Origin: the human T2T-CHM13v2.0 reference genome, Homo sapiens
Assembly: GCF_009914755.1 (NCBI RefSeq)
Contig: NC_060947.1
DNA length: 64,000 nt
Reading direction: 5' to 3' (one strand)
Below, in pieces: positions 17,102 to 31,023 of the stretch (its first letter is position 1; each line of letters starts with the position of its first letter). The notes beneath the pieces were generated by a model. That model was not told the origin of the DNA, ran no database searches, and was given only the letters and a program-made list of their open reading frames with translations. The position numbers were made by a program, and so were the translations under genes.

Positions 17102-18871
17102 TGAATCCTGGCACATCTTCCCTTCACTCTTCCTTGCAGTAGATTTAAGCATAGAAGAAATGCTTTCTTTGGATACTGCAGTTACAATTTGTGTCATTAG
17201 CCCTACCATCCAGTTTAAGCTTCTGCTGCTGGAATGAGGAGATGACTCCCAACCCGTGGCCACATTGTGACCTTGCAACGGTACTTGACATCTTCTGGAG
17301 CAGTATTCACTTTATCTTGTGGAAAATGTATAAAGCAGAAATAATAAAAGACAGTATTTTTGTTCTAGAAAGAAAAACAAAAGCCAATAACTTTCCGGTA
17401 AATTCTGTCTATAATAATACTTAAATATTAGGCTGATTCTAAAAAGACATGAGATTTTTTTAAAAGACAGTGAGGGAGCAAGAATAGACCCTCTGTAAAG
17501 TTTAATAATATAAAATATATCCATTAACATTAGGTCGGTCTGTGAGCCAAAAGAACAGTGGCTTAAACAAGACAAGTTTTTTTTCTCTCTTACATGTAAA
17601 CAAAGACTGAAGGTAAGGTCCCCAGTGCAGGTATGGAAGCATCATGATTATCAGGGACCCAGGATTTTTCCATCTCGTTATGGTATCCACCTAATGGGTT
17701 AGGATAGCTGCTCCTGTTTCAGCTATCCCACACAAATTCCAGCTGACAGGACACTTTCCAGATGTAAGAAGTAGTTTTATCAGCACTACTTCTTATATCC
17801 CATTGGCCAGAACTCAGTCACATGGCTATTCCAGCTGCAAGGGAGGTTGGGAAATGTAGTCTTTATTCTGGGCAACACTGTGCTCAAATAAAAACACAGT
17901 TTTTTAGAGGAATATAAGGAGAGAATGGATATTAGGAGATAATAAGCAGTCTTTGCTTGGTACATGAAATTAAATCTTAAGTGACTTAATGTATCTTCTT
18001 TATTGTAAAGTCATTTGCTTGTAGCACTTTTCGTTTTTGTTCCATGTACTAATTCCATATGTACATATGTCTTCTTTTCTAAAGTATGCTCCCTGAAGGG
18101 GGAAAACAGCCATTTTTATCACATACCTAGAGCCTCATACAGTGTTTTGACCATAGTCGAGAAAACCTAGGATACAGGCGTTTTATTTGAAGACAAATTT
18201 CAGGAAACACCAGTGAGGAAGTGGAGAAAATGAAACAAGGAAGAAAGAGAAGTTGATTAAAACATATGTTAATGGGCAGGTTACCACTGTGGGCAACTGG
18301 AGCATGATTCCACTAGGGAAGCAGTGAGGAACTCTGTGGAATATACCTTAGGATTGTCACTTTGAGGGACAGGGAAGATGGGGAAATTATCCACCAATTT
18401 CTCAAACTCATCAGTTAAAAGTTGCCCCAGGGGTATTAAATTCCAAGTAATCCCAGAGTTTCCTACACATAAGCTGAGCCAGCTAACACAATATCAGATA
18501 AATTCCTTAATTAGAGGAATTTATTCCTTGTATCAAGAGACACAAGCACTTGAGGTGGGAAGCTGAAAGTATATCAGGAACTTCCCATCCTGGCTGCAAG
18601 TCAGCTCCAAGGAGGCCAAAAAGATTTGAAGCAAGGCATTCAATAGTGTCTATTACAGGAGGTATTTTCTTTTCAAGATGGAAGGAAGGACCTAAATAAG
18701 ATTAGAAAGGAGAGTGAGGGCATTTTACTAATGTCCCACTGGGAAGAAATAATAAGTCAGTTCACTATATAAATCCAGATTTAAGCATATAGAAGCCTGG
18801 GAAGGAAAATCAAATAGACACATCACACTTGTGTACACGCTGACATTTTCTGTCTGCTGTCTTATTGATGA

Positions 18872-19207
<336 letters not shown>

Positions 19208-20120
19208 TAAATCCTGAAATTACCACAAATACTTCATTCCTTTAGCTAAGGATCTATTCATTGTTAAAATACAAATATAACTACAGTAACTTTGTATCCT
19301 TAGGCTAGAAGATTGGAAGATATCATATTTATATTCAATCCTTTCATAGACTAGCATTTACACCTTAGTCTAAGTGAATTGTAAGTACTTTCTTGGGCCT
19401 TGCTTCATATTTTGCTCAGGGGATGATTACCAAGACAGCATAGGCTTCTGATGGGAGGAGAGCGACTTTCAAGACCAACATTACTTCATCATCTTCTCAG
19501 TTCTGTCCAGCACTTGCAGCTATTATTCATACTGGTTGAATTGAAAGGAAATCATTTTTTCATAAAAATAACACCAGTATTGTTAAAAACAGATCAAGGA
19601 AACCCACCACTGGTGCCACAAGACGCAACTGTAACAGGGTGAATTGGAAGAGGGATTACAGTAGTAGAGCACGTGCATTCCCCTAACTCTCATTATCCCA
19701 TAGCCTAAGCCAGACATAGATGAGACCATCAGCATACACCATGGTAAACATTTCTGTTGAGGAAGGTCCTATCACTATGATAATTACTTATTTATAGATT
19801 AAGGGGAGCCAAAAATATCTATACCACTAAAAGGAAAACTCCCCAGGTCAGAAAAGTGCCCTTGTTAGAAAAAGAGAGCCAAATTCATCCCATTCTTCTG
19901 TCATGTTAGCACAGTCCAGATGAACCAGCTCTCTGCTAAAGTAGGGAGGAAGTGAGTCACCAGGGCCACCCCGATTTGCCTCATATGGCCTAGGCATTAG
20001 AGAATAGTGCAGGCTGAAATGATTGATTGATTCAATTCTAACACCACTCACTATATATACTAAGTGAGAACAAGCCAGTAAAAGGTACTCTGGTGAAAAG
20101 GCCTGCTCAGAAGTTGATAG

Positions 20121-20327
<207 letters not shown>

Positions 20328-21276
20328 AGGGACCAGTTCTCCAAGAATGAGGCCACCAGGACCTATCTGGCTGTCTTTTCCTACCATTAGCAAACTGAGA
20401 CCTGGGATTCTGCTTCCCTGCCATTTCTCACCTGACAGTGTTGGGACATGAGGGGAGAGATGTCAGTAGTATGAACATTTAGGGTCTTGCTGAGTGCCTA
20501 AAAAACATATATTTCCATCCAATCAAGGCCTTCTTGATTGGATGATAGAAAGTGTACTACTTGTCCTGTCAACAAGCAAATTGTGCAAAGGCTTATAGGG
20601 TTTATGCCATAAAAGAAATGGCACAAGCCTCCATTTGCTAATTATAAGTTACTTTAGATTTCCTCAAATCCTTTGAAGAGAAAGAGGACCACTGAGAAGG
20701 TAGATCACTTGAAAAGTCAGAAGAAAGGATACTGGCCAACTTTTACTCACCCTAGGAATCCACATGATCTCAAGAAGGCATGGTGGAGATGGTTGCTTGA
20801 GCAAGGGGATTGTCCTGTTATTGCAGCAAACTTGTGGATTAACCAAGTAGTATTTCAAGATGGATTGACAGGGCTTTCTATGATTACTATAGAATTTATC
20901 ATCTAAATCAGTTTACTTTTTAGAACAAAGAGAGCTAAATAACTACATCAGAACGATTGATGTTGATTAGAATTGACCTGGGAAAATTGGGATGTAGGGT
21001 CACCCTACTGATGACCTAAGAGAGCTCTGTTTTAAACATTTATTTTATAAAATGTTCTAAGCCATTAACTAAAAGGAAATGAGATATAATGGTCAATTGA
21101 TATACCTTTTCACATTGTGTTCACTGACGAGACTAGTTTAATGAAAAAGGAGGTACTCTACCTGCTATTTTACTTCTGTTCCTCTTCTGCCCTGTTATGG
21201 GAGAGAATCAAAGACTCCATCTGCTCTCTTCCCCCTTGTTTTCTCCTTCACTGAGTTTTTCTTATCTCCTTTTGCA

Positions 21277-21675
21277 GTGGTTAACTATTGTCACAATAAT
21301 GCTGAATGAAAAAACACACCAAATGTCAGTGGCTTAAAATGACCATCCTTTTTCTCACAGTTATGAAGATTGGCTATGGCACCTCTGCTTCCTGCTATAG
21401 GCCTGAGGTTCTAGGGCTTCTTATGCCTCATCCTCTTTAAGCCAAAGGGATAGCCAGAGCATCTTGATGGCAGAAGTGCAATAAGATGAGCCCCACTGCT
21501 CGGGTACATTTTCAGCCCCTGGTTGTGTCATGTCTACTGATATCTCATTGGTCAAAGGAAGTCAGAGGGCCAAGATGAAGAGGCAGGGAAATATGCACTG
21601 CCCACAGTGAAGCCATGACAAGAGTGAGGATGCAGGAAGGCATGAAGAATTGGGGCCAACAGTTCAATCTACCAT
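21277..21675. mobile_element. MLT1 LTR inside the SYTL5 3' UTR; MIR follows at ~21740-21890
   Basis: gttaactattgtcacaataatgctg...cagtggcttaaa...cattggtcaaaggaagtca...caatctacca. Confidence 0.65.
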
Positions 21676-22386
21676 ACCTTCTCTCACCTGGAATTCCAGA
21701 TGCTTGAGCTACGAAACTTAGATGCAAAGAAAGTTAAAGCTAGAAGGAACCTCAGGCCCAGTTGCTCATTTTGCAGATTCCAAATGTGAATTTCAGAGAG
21801 CTGAGATAACTTGCCCAAGGCCATATAGAGGCTGTGACTAAATCTGGACTTAAATCCAGACTATCAATCTTAGGCCAGTGTTCTTTTTTCAATATAGTCC
21901 TTGGCATAATGCTATGCTTATTAGGTAGATAAAAGGGCTTATGTCAAGAAATTTGGAGCAGAGTCTGATTACTTGAGCATGAACATACCCGACCAAGGTA
22001 TGTTCTGGAGTCATATTCTAGCCTCTGAGCTCATTTTTTCATGCGAGTTCATATAAAATCCTCGAAAGTTTAGAAACTAGGTTTTAGTAGTAACGGAGCT
22101 AGAATCATCTTCGGGCTTATTCCTGCTAGTTGTTCCATATTTCTAGATTTCATCTTGAATTTTGAAAACTGATTTAAGAATATATTTAGTATTATTATTA
22201 GTAAGGGAATACGCAATCCAGTTTCAATTTTATTCAGAAGTAGGTCACCTAATTCTAGAAAATGGTTATTAGTCTAGTGTCGCTTAGCAAGGTACTTAAA
22301 AGAAAATCTGCACATATCCTTGTGCTGCCCTTCTTAAAAACAGAAAACAAAAAGTGTAAGATCATCATTGCTTCCCACATAGGAAA

Positions 22387-22392
22387 AATAAA
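22387..22392 (+). terminator. SYTL5: Polyadenylation signal AATAAA of SYTL5
   Basis: aaaAATAAAatgtcttcagacttgatgtg followed by GT/T-rich sequence. Confidence 0.7.
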
Positions 22393-23249
22393 ATGTCTTC
22401 AGACTTGATGTGACTCATTCTGTCTTCAGTTACATTTTTAGGGGAGGTAAGAGGGTGGTGATGGTGAAGTCTGGAAACATCTCTGGTATAGACACAACGA
22501 AGTGGATTTATTCATTAATAATAAATATGAAAAAATAATAAATTTTAAAATTTATAACTTGAACTCAAGAAGAGCATGAACTTTATGTGTTCAGATCTTT
22601 GCCACACGTAGAGCAACTCTCTGTATCATGGTTTCATAAAATCCAACATCTAACTAGGTATTCCCATAATGCAAAACTTAAGTATGCAAAAATCCATCAG
22701 AAACCTATTGGTGTTGCTCTTGGAAATAAAAGGCAAAAGTATGGTCTAGAACTACAAATAGTATTTTTAAATATAGGTAATGCATGTGAATAGCACAGAA
22801 TTCAAATAGTTCAAAATTGTGAAAAGTTAAGTCTTCCTCTCTCCTCTTCCATATCAGAAAATATTGACTGTCTCATTCTTCTTTATGGCTACAAGATATT
22901 AAATTATAGGGATGTATCAAATTTATTTAACCAGTCCAACCCACTACCACATTAAATATGGTTAACCAAGCTATCTATATTTAATGGCTTTTCTAAGCAA
23001 ACTTTTCCTTCAAAGAATAAACACTTTGAAATTCAAAATGAGGTATAAATCTTACCCAACCATTCCACTTCTGAGTATTTTTCTTACAGAGGTAAGTGCA
23101 TATATGAGAAATGAGTACATACAAGGATATTTATTGAAAGAGATTGGAAACAATCCAAAAGCCCATCAATAAAGGCCTTGTATAATATCACATGACCCTG
23201 ATTTTCTGCTTCACAAGTCACTGCTTCATCTTTGTCTTTACTCATTCTC

Positions 23250-24490
23250 TACAAAACTATTAAAAATTGGATTATTCAGTGCTCAGTTCTTTTCTCCTCA
23301 CTTTATACAGCCTTCTAGGCATTATCATGTACTGTACTCTCAAGGTTTCATACACTTTTCACTTCCAACTCACATCTCTAACCCAGACCCTTCCTGTCAG
23401 CCCCAGACCCAGATCTAACTGCCCATATGACATCTCCACCAGGATACTTCATATTTTCAACATATTAAAAACTGTACCCTTCGTTTCAGTCTCCCTCGCA
23501 CCCATGTCTTCCTGCACCAGCGTGCCCTATCTCTGTACCTGGTACCTTCATCCACCCAGTAACAGTAACCAGACACCTGGTATTGATCTTTGGTTTCTGC
23601 CTCTTTCTTATCCTGAGGCAAAAATCAATCAGGAAATCATATTGAGTCTGCCTCCTAAATATCTCTAGAGCCTGTCCAATTCTCACTGTCTCCACGGCAC
23701 CATCCTAGTCCAAGCCACTATCACCCTTCTCCAAGATTATCGCAGCAGTCTCCTAGCTGCCGTCTATGCCACCAATTTTGTCCTCCCTCAATCCATTCCT
23801 CTTACTGTGGCCAGAGTGATTTGTCTCAGCATGTTATTTTAAAATGTTCAAATATACAGAAAAGTTGAAACTTTATAGTGAACACTCTTATATCCACCAC
23901 CCAAATTCAGCTCTGCCATTCACATTTGACTATACTTGCTTACCATTATTGATCTATCTGTCCATCCCCAGAGCAATCTGTAAAACCCTCATGGCTTCCC
24001 ATTGTCTTGAGAATAAAATATAAATTCCTGCTCATGGCCCTGCACAAGATGGTCACTGCCAGTTTCTCCCAGACCATGACTCCCCTCCCCTTCTCTTCAG
24101 CCACAGAATTCATTTTTCTACTTATCAATTGTGCCAGGCTCTATCCCACCTCATGGCCTTTGCCAGGAGTCTTCTTGGTCCATCTTTTCTTCAGCTTGAT
24201 TCCCATTAGTCATCCAGGTCTAAAATGTTACCTCCTCAGGGAAACCCTCCCTGATCACTCTCTACTGAACTAGGTCACGGCAGCCTGCCTCTATTTCCCC
24301 TTCAGTGCACACATCACAATTATAATAAATTATTAACGTAATGAGTCCTTGAATGTCTGTGTCTGTTTCCTCCCTGTCATGTCCCTAGAATGTAAGATTC
24401 AGAAGGGCAGAGACAATATTTATATTTTTTACAGCCATAATCCCAGTCCTTAGCTCACAGTAGGTAATCAAAAAATATTTGTGGAACAAG
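23250..24490. mobile_element. L2 fragments
   Basis: ccatcctagtccaagccactatca...ccagagtgat...ctagaatgtaagattcagaagggcagagac. Confidence 0.75.
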
Positions 24491-24649
24491 CAAAAACAAA
24501 CTAATGTAACATCATAGAATATTAGACTGTAGGCATCTTTAGAAACCACCATTTCTAACTCCCAATTAACAGATAAGGAAACTGGGGCCCACATAGATCA
24601 AGAAAAATGTCTGAATTCGTTTACTGATTGGTCTTTTAAAAGCCACCTT

Positions 24650-24900
24650 GCTATAGTCACCATGCTGTGCAATGACACAGCATAATGATTATACTTAAAA
24701 ATAATGTATATTTCAAAACAGCTAAAAGAGAGGATTTCAAATGTTCTCATCACAAAGAAATGATAAATATTTGAGGTGATGGATATACCAATTAGCTTGG
24801 TTTGCTCATTCCACAGTGTATATGTGTATCAAAACACCACATTGTACTCCATAAATATATACAATTATTATTTATCAACTAAAAATAAAATTAATTTTTA
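24650..24900 (+). mobile_element. 5'-truncated L1MA 3' end with ~13-bp TSD
   Basis: TSD taaaagccacctt (24637) / taaaagcaacctt (24901). Confidence 0.8.
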
Positions 24901-25366
24901 TAAAAGCAACCTTCCAACAAGTACTGTAGATACAACCCTAGACTGCTGGGCCCAGCTTGTCTCAGCATAGATCTAAGCACAAAGTATGCTTCCGGCCCCG
25001 CATGTCAGCTTATCAGAAGAAGAGGCCACAGCCTTGCATGGAACGTCCTACTCCTTCTTTGAAGATCTCAACTCTCATTTTTCCCTCAGATAAATCAAGT
25101 TGAAAAGGGACATGGACAAATCCAAAAGGCTGATTTTATCCATGCATACATAAATAACACATACAGGATGTGGTAGATTAATTCTGTTAATCAGCTCTCC
25201 TTTCATTTATGTTGTTATTGTCGCTGGACTCATCAGGATGTAGATTTTTCAGGTCACGAAAACACCATTAAAAAAGATATTTTGAAGTAACTTCATACTC
25301 TCGGCCTCTTTTTCCTTAAGAAATGTTCACAAATGTATAGCTAATAATCATTAAGTACTTAGGTAA

Positions 25367-25735
<369 letters not shown>

Positions 25736-28700
25736 CAAGGTTTACCTTTGGTGAGGGAGGAGAAAGCCATGGAAGTAATTAGAGTAAACCCCACCTTTAG
25801 AAGCAAAGTGTAATGAAATATCAAGTCCTAGAAGCATCTGAAAGTGAGAACTAGTGGCATTTTGGGCTGTGATCAATGTTTGTTTTTCTCCCATGTATAC
25901 ATTTCACATTAAAGTGAACATTGTCTCTAGAAGTTACCAGAAGGGTTTTACTCCTACGATAGTGTCATGTATGACCTCTGAAATTGTGGAAAAATAGGAG
26001 GGGAATGTTCATACAGGCAAAAGTACAACAAAAATTAGATTTGGAAAGGTTTGAACAATAGCCAGGAAAATTGCACTGCATCAAGGATTCCAAAGGACTA
26101 TCTGAATCATCTGGAGAATGAATTGAATACATTTATTCCAGAGCATTGCTCCAAGCCTACTAAACAAAATCTCCAGCAATCCCAATCATTTTAATCAAGC
26201 TTCTTGGGTGAATCTAATACAAATGGATCAGAGTTTGAGAAACACTGCATTAGAGGACAAATTATATCAACTCTATTCTTCAAACCAACTCTACATCATG
26301 ATGGCTTCTTGAATTTGATCTTGAAATAGTCGATCTTCTGTATACCCAGAGATCATTAATTGCAAGGCAACCATGAAGGGGTGGAAAGAGTCTAACCTTC
26401 AACTCAGAGAATACTAGTTCAAGTCTTGAATTGGGTACTTACCAACCATGAGACTTCAGTCAAGTTAATTACTCTTTATAGGCCATGGTCTATTTGCCTG
26501 TAAAATTGGAATAAATAGGCTACTTTGGAGTAACTGAAGATATCAAATAAGGTAATATATGTAAATATGCTTTGCAAATTCTAATCCATTGTTTTAAAAA
26601 GGTCATTATTGGTGAGCTAGTTCTATTACTCTGTGGTTCATAATTTCTTATGCCCCTCTTTTCCTACATGCTGGGTTAGGTCTTAAGCATTCTATGTACA
26701 ATTAAGTGATCTCCAGTGTTTAGGTGTAGCAAACATTAAAAAACCTGTATTTTATGCTAGGTTACCCCTTGTGGGTGATAGTAATATATTTATTTTAGAC
26801 TGAAATTTCACACTTCATTGGATTAGATAATAAATATTACAGAAAATGTTTAATATCATGGGGAGAAAAATTGGTCAGTTTCTTGGTCCACAGATTATGG
26901 AACCTGCAAGCAAACCATCTTTCCTCCCCTTTCTTCAACACTCTCTTCCAGTGTAATGACCATCGCTTTCTATGGCCCATTCCCTATACCCTATGTCAGG
27001 AAGATAAAACCTGCTAGCCTCACAATAATGTTGTGTAGAGTCATGTTCTTTATGTACAGAAGGAAATTTACCATGCTGTCAAAACAATTTCCATAGAAAT
27101 GCAAACTGCTGTTGTCGCTATGAGTAATCAATTGTACCTCATTTACCTCACTAGAATTTATCCAAATTTTCTGGGGGAGGGTTTCTTTTATACTTGGAAA
27201 ACTAAAGTAGAATATATGGTTAGTATTGCCTATAAATGCCAAAACACTCATATGGGGTAGTAGATCATACTTTTCTCTCAAGTATTTTGACACAAATAAA
27301 GATTTGTCTCTGATTTCCTTTTTCTCTGAAGGAGACAGAAATTAATACAGCACATAAATCAGATATTTTATTACAGTAATTGAAGCAAAAGTTTAAATAA
27401 TTGGAATTTTCTAAAAGATGTCTTCTTATAGGAGGGCAAAGAACTAGATAGATATTTAAATCTAAATATTTTATTTTTACCTCTTTTTTTCTTTCTTTTT
27501 ATTATTATTATTATTATACTTTATTGTGAGATACATTTACTTTGGGGAAGGATTCTGATTTCTCTTTCCAAACATTTTTTCTACTTAGTCAATAGTTCAT
27601 TTTGTCTTTACAAACTTGAAGCTCGTTTGTGCAAATCCACAGGAATCCATAAGTCCCAATAAGTAGACTTATTTTTAAACCTTTCTCCTTTGGAAACAAG
27701 GAAGGAAGCCATTCCATCACAAAGCAGTCATGGCAATCAATTCAAGGTTGAACCCGTAGTTGAAATGATTGGGGATTGGGTATGTATATTTGTTTCCATC
27801 CTTTCTTAGTATTTATTATTCATAAATGGACATTTTAAAAGAGAGATCATTGGCTTTCAGTTGATTTGAAGAAAGAGATATCTGGACTTTTCCTTAGCCT
27901 TGATTTTTGAGCTTCCCCGCCACCTCCATTAATTTGTCTTCCATAATACCTAAATATCTTCTTACATTGTCCCTCTGGCTGATGGCATGCACACCAGAAT
28001 CTTAAGAGATGTCCTTCATGCTTTTTTCCACATGGGCTTATGGAAATATTATTCTTCATTTTTAGCTCTTTCCTGTCACCTCAGAGCCCAGTTCTGTTAG
28101 AGTCACTTGCTTGCAAGGCATCTGAATGCACAGAGCCAGGCTGAGGAGTGGGCTGCTGGGGAGCTTCCCAGGGTGCCAAATTATAAAGGGTGCTAAACAT
28201 CCCTGAAAATGTAATGAGGTGGAGAGCTCCTCTCAGGAAGAATATGGTATTAGCAGGAAGAAATAATGTCTGCTTGAATAGATAGATGGGGTGAGGAGCT
28301 CATGCATGAAGAGCAATTTATGGCTGATAAATTGCCTCCTAAGACAGATCTGTTTAGGTGTGGGGCCTTTGTTTTGCTGAATGGGGCATGCAACCTTGGA
28401 CAACACAGGAATTGGGAAGGACATAGGGAAAAGGGACATTTGCCTTCACTGGGGACTTCTTTCAAATCTCTTCCACCAGGCAGGCCCACCTAAAAATATA
28501 TGTTGTACAAATTCTTACAGAGCATCTGAGAATTGCACGACATAATCAGCCCAAGTATTGGCCCAGCTCTTTGAATGCACCAGGTCTCCATTCCTGGATT
28601 GAACATAATAGTCATGAGGAGACTTTTTCTCTGGGACCTGAAGATAAGTTCAGAGGTTTAGTGGGCTGGAGAAGGAAGACACATTTTCAATATCTAAGAA

Positions 28701-28904
28701 CATCTAAAATCACTGGGTCGCTGAAACATTGGAATGGGGGCTCTTCTTTAAAAGGAATAAGGGATAATTTTCCAAACTGTGCCATAGGGTGGGTCACCTA
28801 CATGTGAGTATGTTCATTTCTGCTTTGTCATGGCATTCACCTGCTTCAGCTGCCAATTTACTCTCCTACACTCTTGTTCTGATAGGACGTTGGTCTCTTT
28901 TCTT

Positions 28905-29460
28905 TGTTTGTTTTTAGTTAATAGAGTTTATTTCTCAGAGCAGTTTAGGTTTACAGAAAAGTTGAGCAGAAAGTATAAGAGTTCCCACATACTACCTTCC
29001 CTCTGAGTTTCTCCTATTAGTAACATATTGCATTGATGTGGTACATTTGTTACAATTGATGAGCCATATTGATACATTATTATTAACTAAATACCATACT
29101 TTACATTAGGATTCATTCTTTGTATTTTAGTTCTATTTGTTTTGACAAATTTATAATATCATATATGCACAATTACATTGTAACACAGAGTAGTTTCACT
29201 GCCCAAAACATCTCCTGTGATTTAAACCATGGCAAACACTAATCTTTTTACTGTCTCCATAGTTTTGCCTTTTTTCAGAATATCATATAGTTAGAATTAT
29301 GCAATGTGTAACCTTTTTGGATTTGCTTCTTTTACTTTTCAATATGGCATTTAAGTTTCCTCCATCTCTTGTTGTGGCTTGATAGTTCATTTCTTTTTTA
29401 TTGTGGTAAGAAGACTTAATGTGAAATCTACTCTCTTAAATTTTAAGTGTAAAATATAGT
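28905..29460 (-). mobile_element. Old L1M 3' UTR fragment
   Basis: gagcagtttaggtttacagaaaagttgagcagaaagta... Confidence 0.75.
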
Positions 29461-29840
29461 ATTTTTATTTGTTTTTAAATAGAGAAAAAGACAGAAGAAC
29501 TCTGAGGAAACAGTAACAATTTTTTTAATTGTTTATTTTTCTTTTATTTATTTATTTATTTATTTATCCTGCTAGATTTTTTTGTTATTATTGGCCACAA
29601 ATAACTGTTCCTGTGTGCTTGCCTTGCCATATTTACTAACTGCTTGTCTTACCATGCTACTAATTGCAAAATTAGTAGTAACACTTAAATACTTAACATG
29701 CCTACTTCTAAGCTTCTGTATGTAACATGCATCCCAGACAAAAGCTTTGTGCCACCCTGAACTTGCTGCAAATTGGGATTTTTTCATTAAATTTACTTTC
29801 CTAATATCTCTAACATGTTCTGAGTTATTCCTGAGTTCTT

Positions 29841-30099
29841 TTTTAACTTTTATTTTACATTCAGGGGTACACGTGAAGGTTTGTTATATAGGTAAATTGC
29901 ATGCCACAGGGTTGGTGTACAGATTATTTTGTCATCCCAGTAATAAGCATAGTATTTGACACGTGGTTTTCGATCCTCTCTCTTCTCCCACCCTCCACCC
30001 TCAAGTAGGCCCTGGTGTCTGTTGTTCCTTTCTTTGTGTCCATGTGCACTCAATGTTTAGCTCTCATTTATAAGTGAGAACATATGGTATTTGGTTTTC
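29841..30099 (-). mobile_element. 5'-truncated L1PA 3' end with 16-bp TSD (1 mismatch)
   Basis: ttattcctgagttctt (29825) / ttattcctgggttctt (30100). Confidence 0.85.
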
Positions 30100-30965
30100 T
30101 TATTCCTGGGTTCTTGAAGATGGATTATATGTCACCTATCCCTCGTGTCTTTATATTTATTTGTCTTTGGAGGAAAGCACATTTGCTGAATTGACACACA
30201 GATTGGATGGGTGTCTGGTTGCTGTTTTTAAAAATAGAATGATGTTGAACAACTCTTCTTGGTGCTCAGCTATTGAATCTGCCTTCCCATTTCGGTTTTT
30301 GCTCACTTATCTTCCTGTAAGTCTAAACTCTGAAACAATTACTCCCTTTGCCCTCCCCTCAATAAATCAAGGGAAGGGATCAGAAATGACATTTATTGAG
30401 CATCTACTATGTGTCAAGTACTTTATGAATTGTTACGTAATTTAAGGCTGTTTTTTAAAAAGACCTAAGAGGCTCATAGAGGTTAAGTAACTTGCCCAAG
30501 TTCAAAGATAGTATGTAATACAGCCTCACCCAACATGGAGCTTCCCAGTTCAGATCCCAAAGCCCAATTTCTTTGCACTACACTAAACTGCAACCCAACT
30601 AGAAACCTTGTGTTTGTCATGAGCTGGAGACTTGCCTCTTACAGTGGGATTCATGAACCAACAGCATTACCAAAATCTGGGAGCTTGTTGGAAATGCACA
30701 ATGTGGGGCCCCAGCCCACACCCACCGAATCACAATGCTCATTATAATAAGATCCTTAGTTGATTTGCAAGAATAATGAACTGTGGAATGCATTGGTGTA
30801 CAGAAAATGGCAGAATTGATATTGACACTTAAGACTATCGCCTGTCAGTTGTAGTTGATGCCAACATTGTCCTAAGATCCTTCCATTTGCCAGTCTTTTC
30901 TTTGAGTCCTTTTTATTCCTTGATTTTTTTTTCTCGGCATACACACATGCTTGATTACTAACATC

Positions 30966-30967
<2 letters not shown>

Positions 30968-31017
<50 letters not shown>
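30968..31017. repeat. (TG)25 microsatellite
   Basis: Pure dinucleotide run, counted. Confidence 0.97.

Positions 31018-31023
<6 letters not shown>

Larger units (their letters stand above)
20328..22410 (+). other. SYTL5: SYTL5 3' UTR (~2.1 kb), includes a MaLR LTR and a MIR fragment
   Basis: Follows the stop codon; AATAAA at 22387; exact cleavage site inferred. Confidence 0.7.

Noticed and set aside
18498-18524. 10-bp hairpin ataaattcct/aggaatttat, and similar short stems near 3770 and 10750
   Set aside because: Short, AT-rich, expected by chance or inside old repeats
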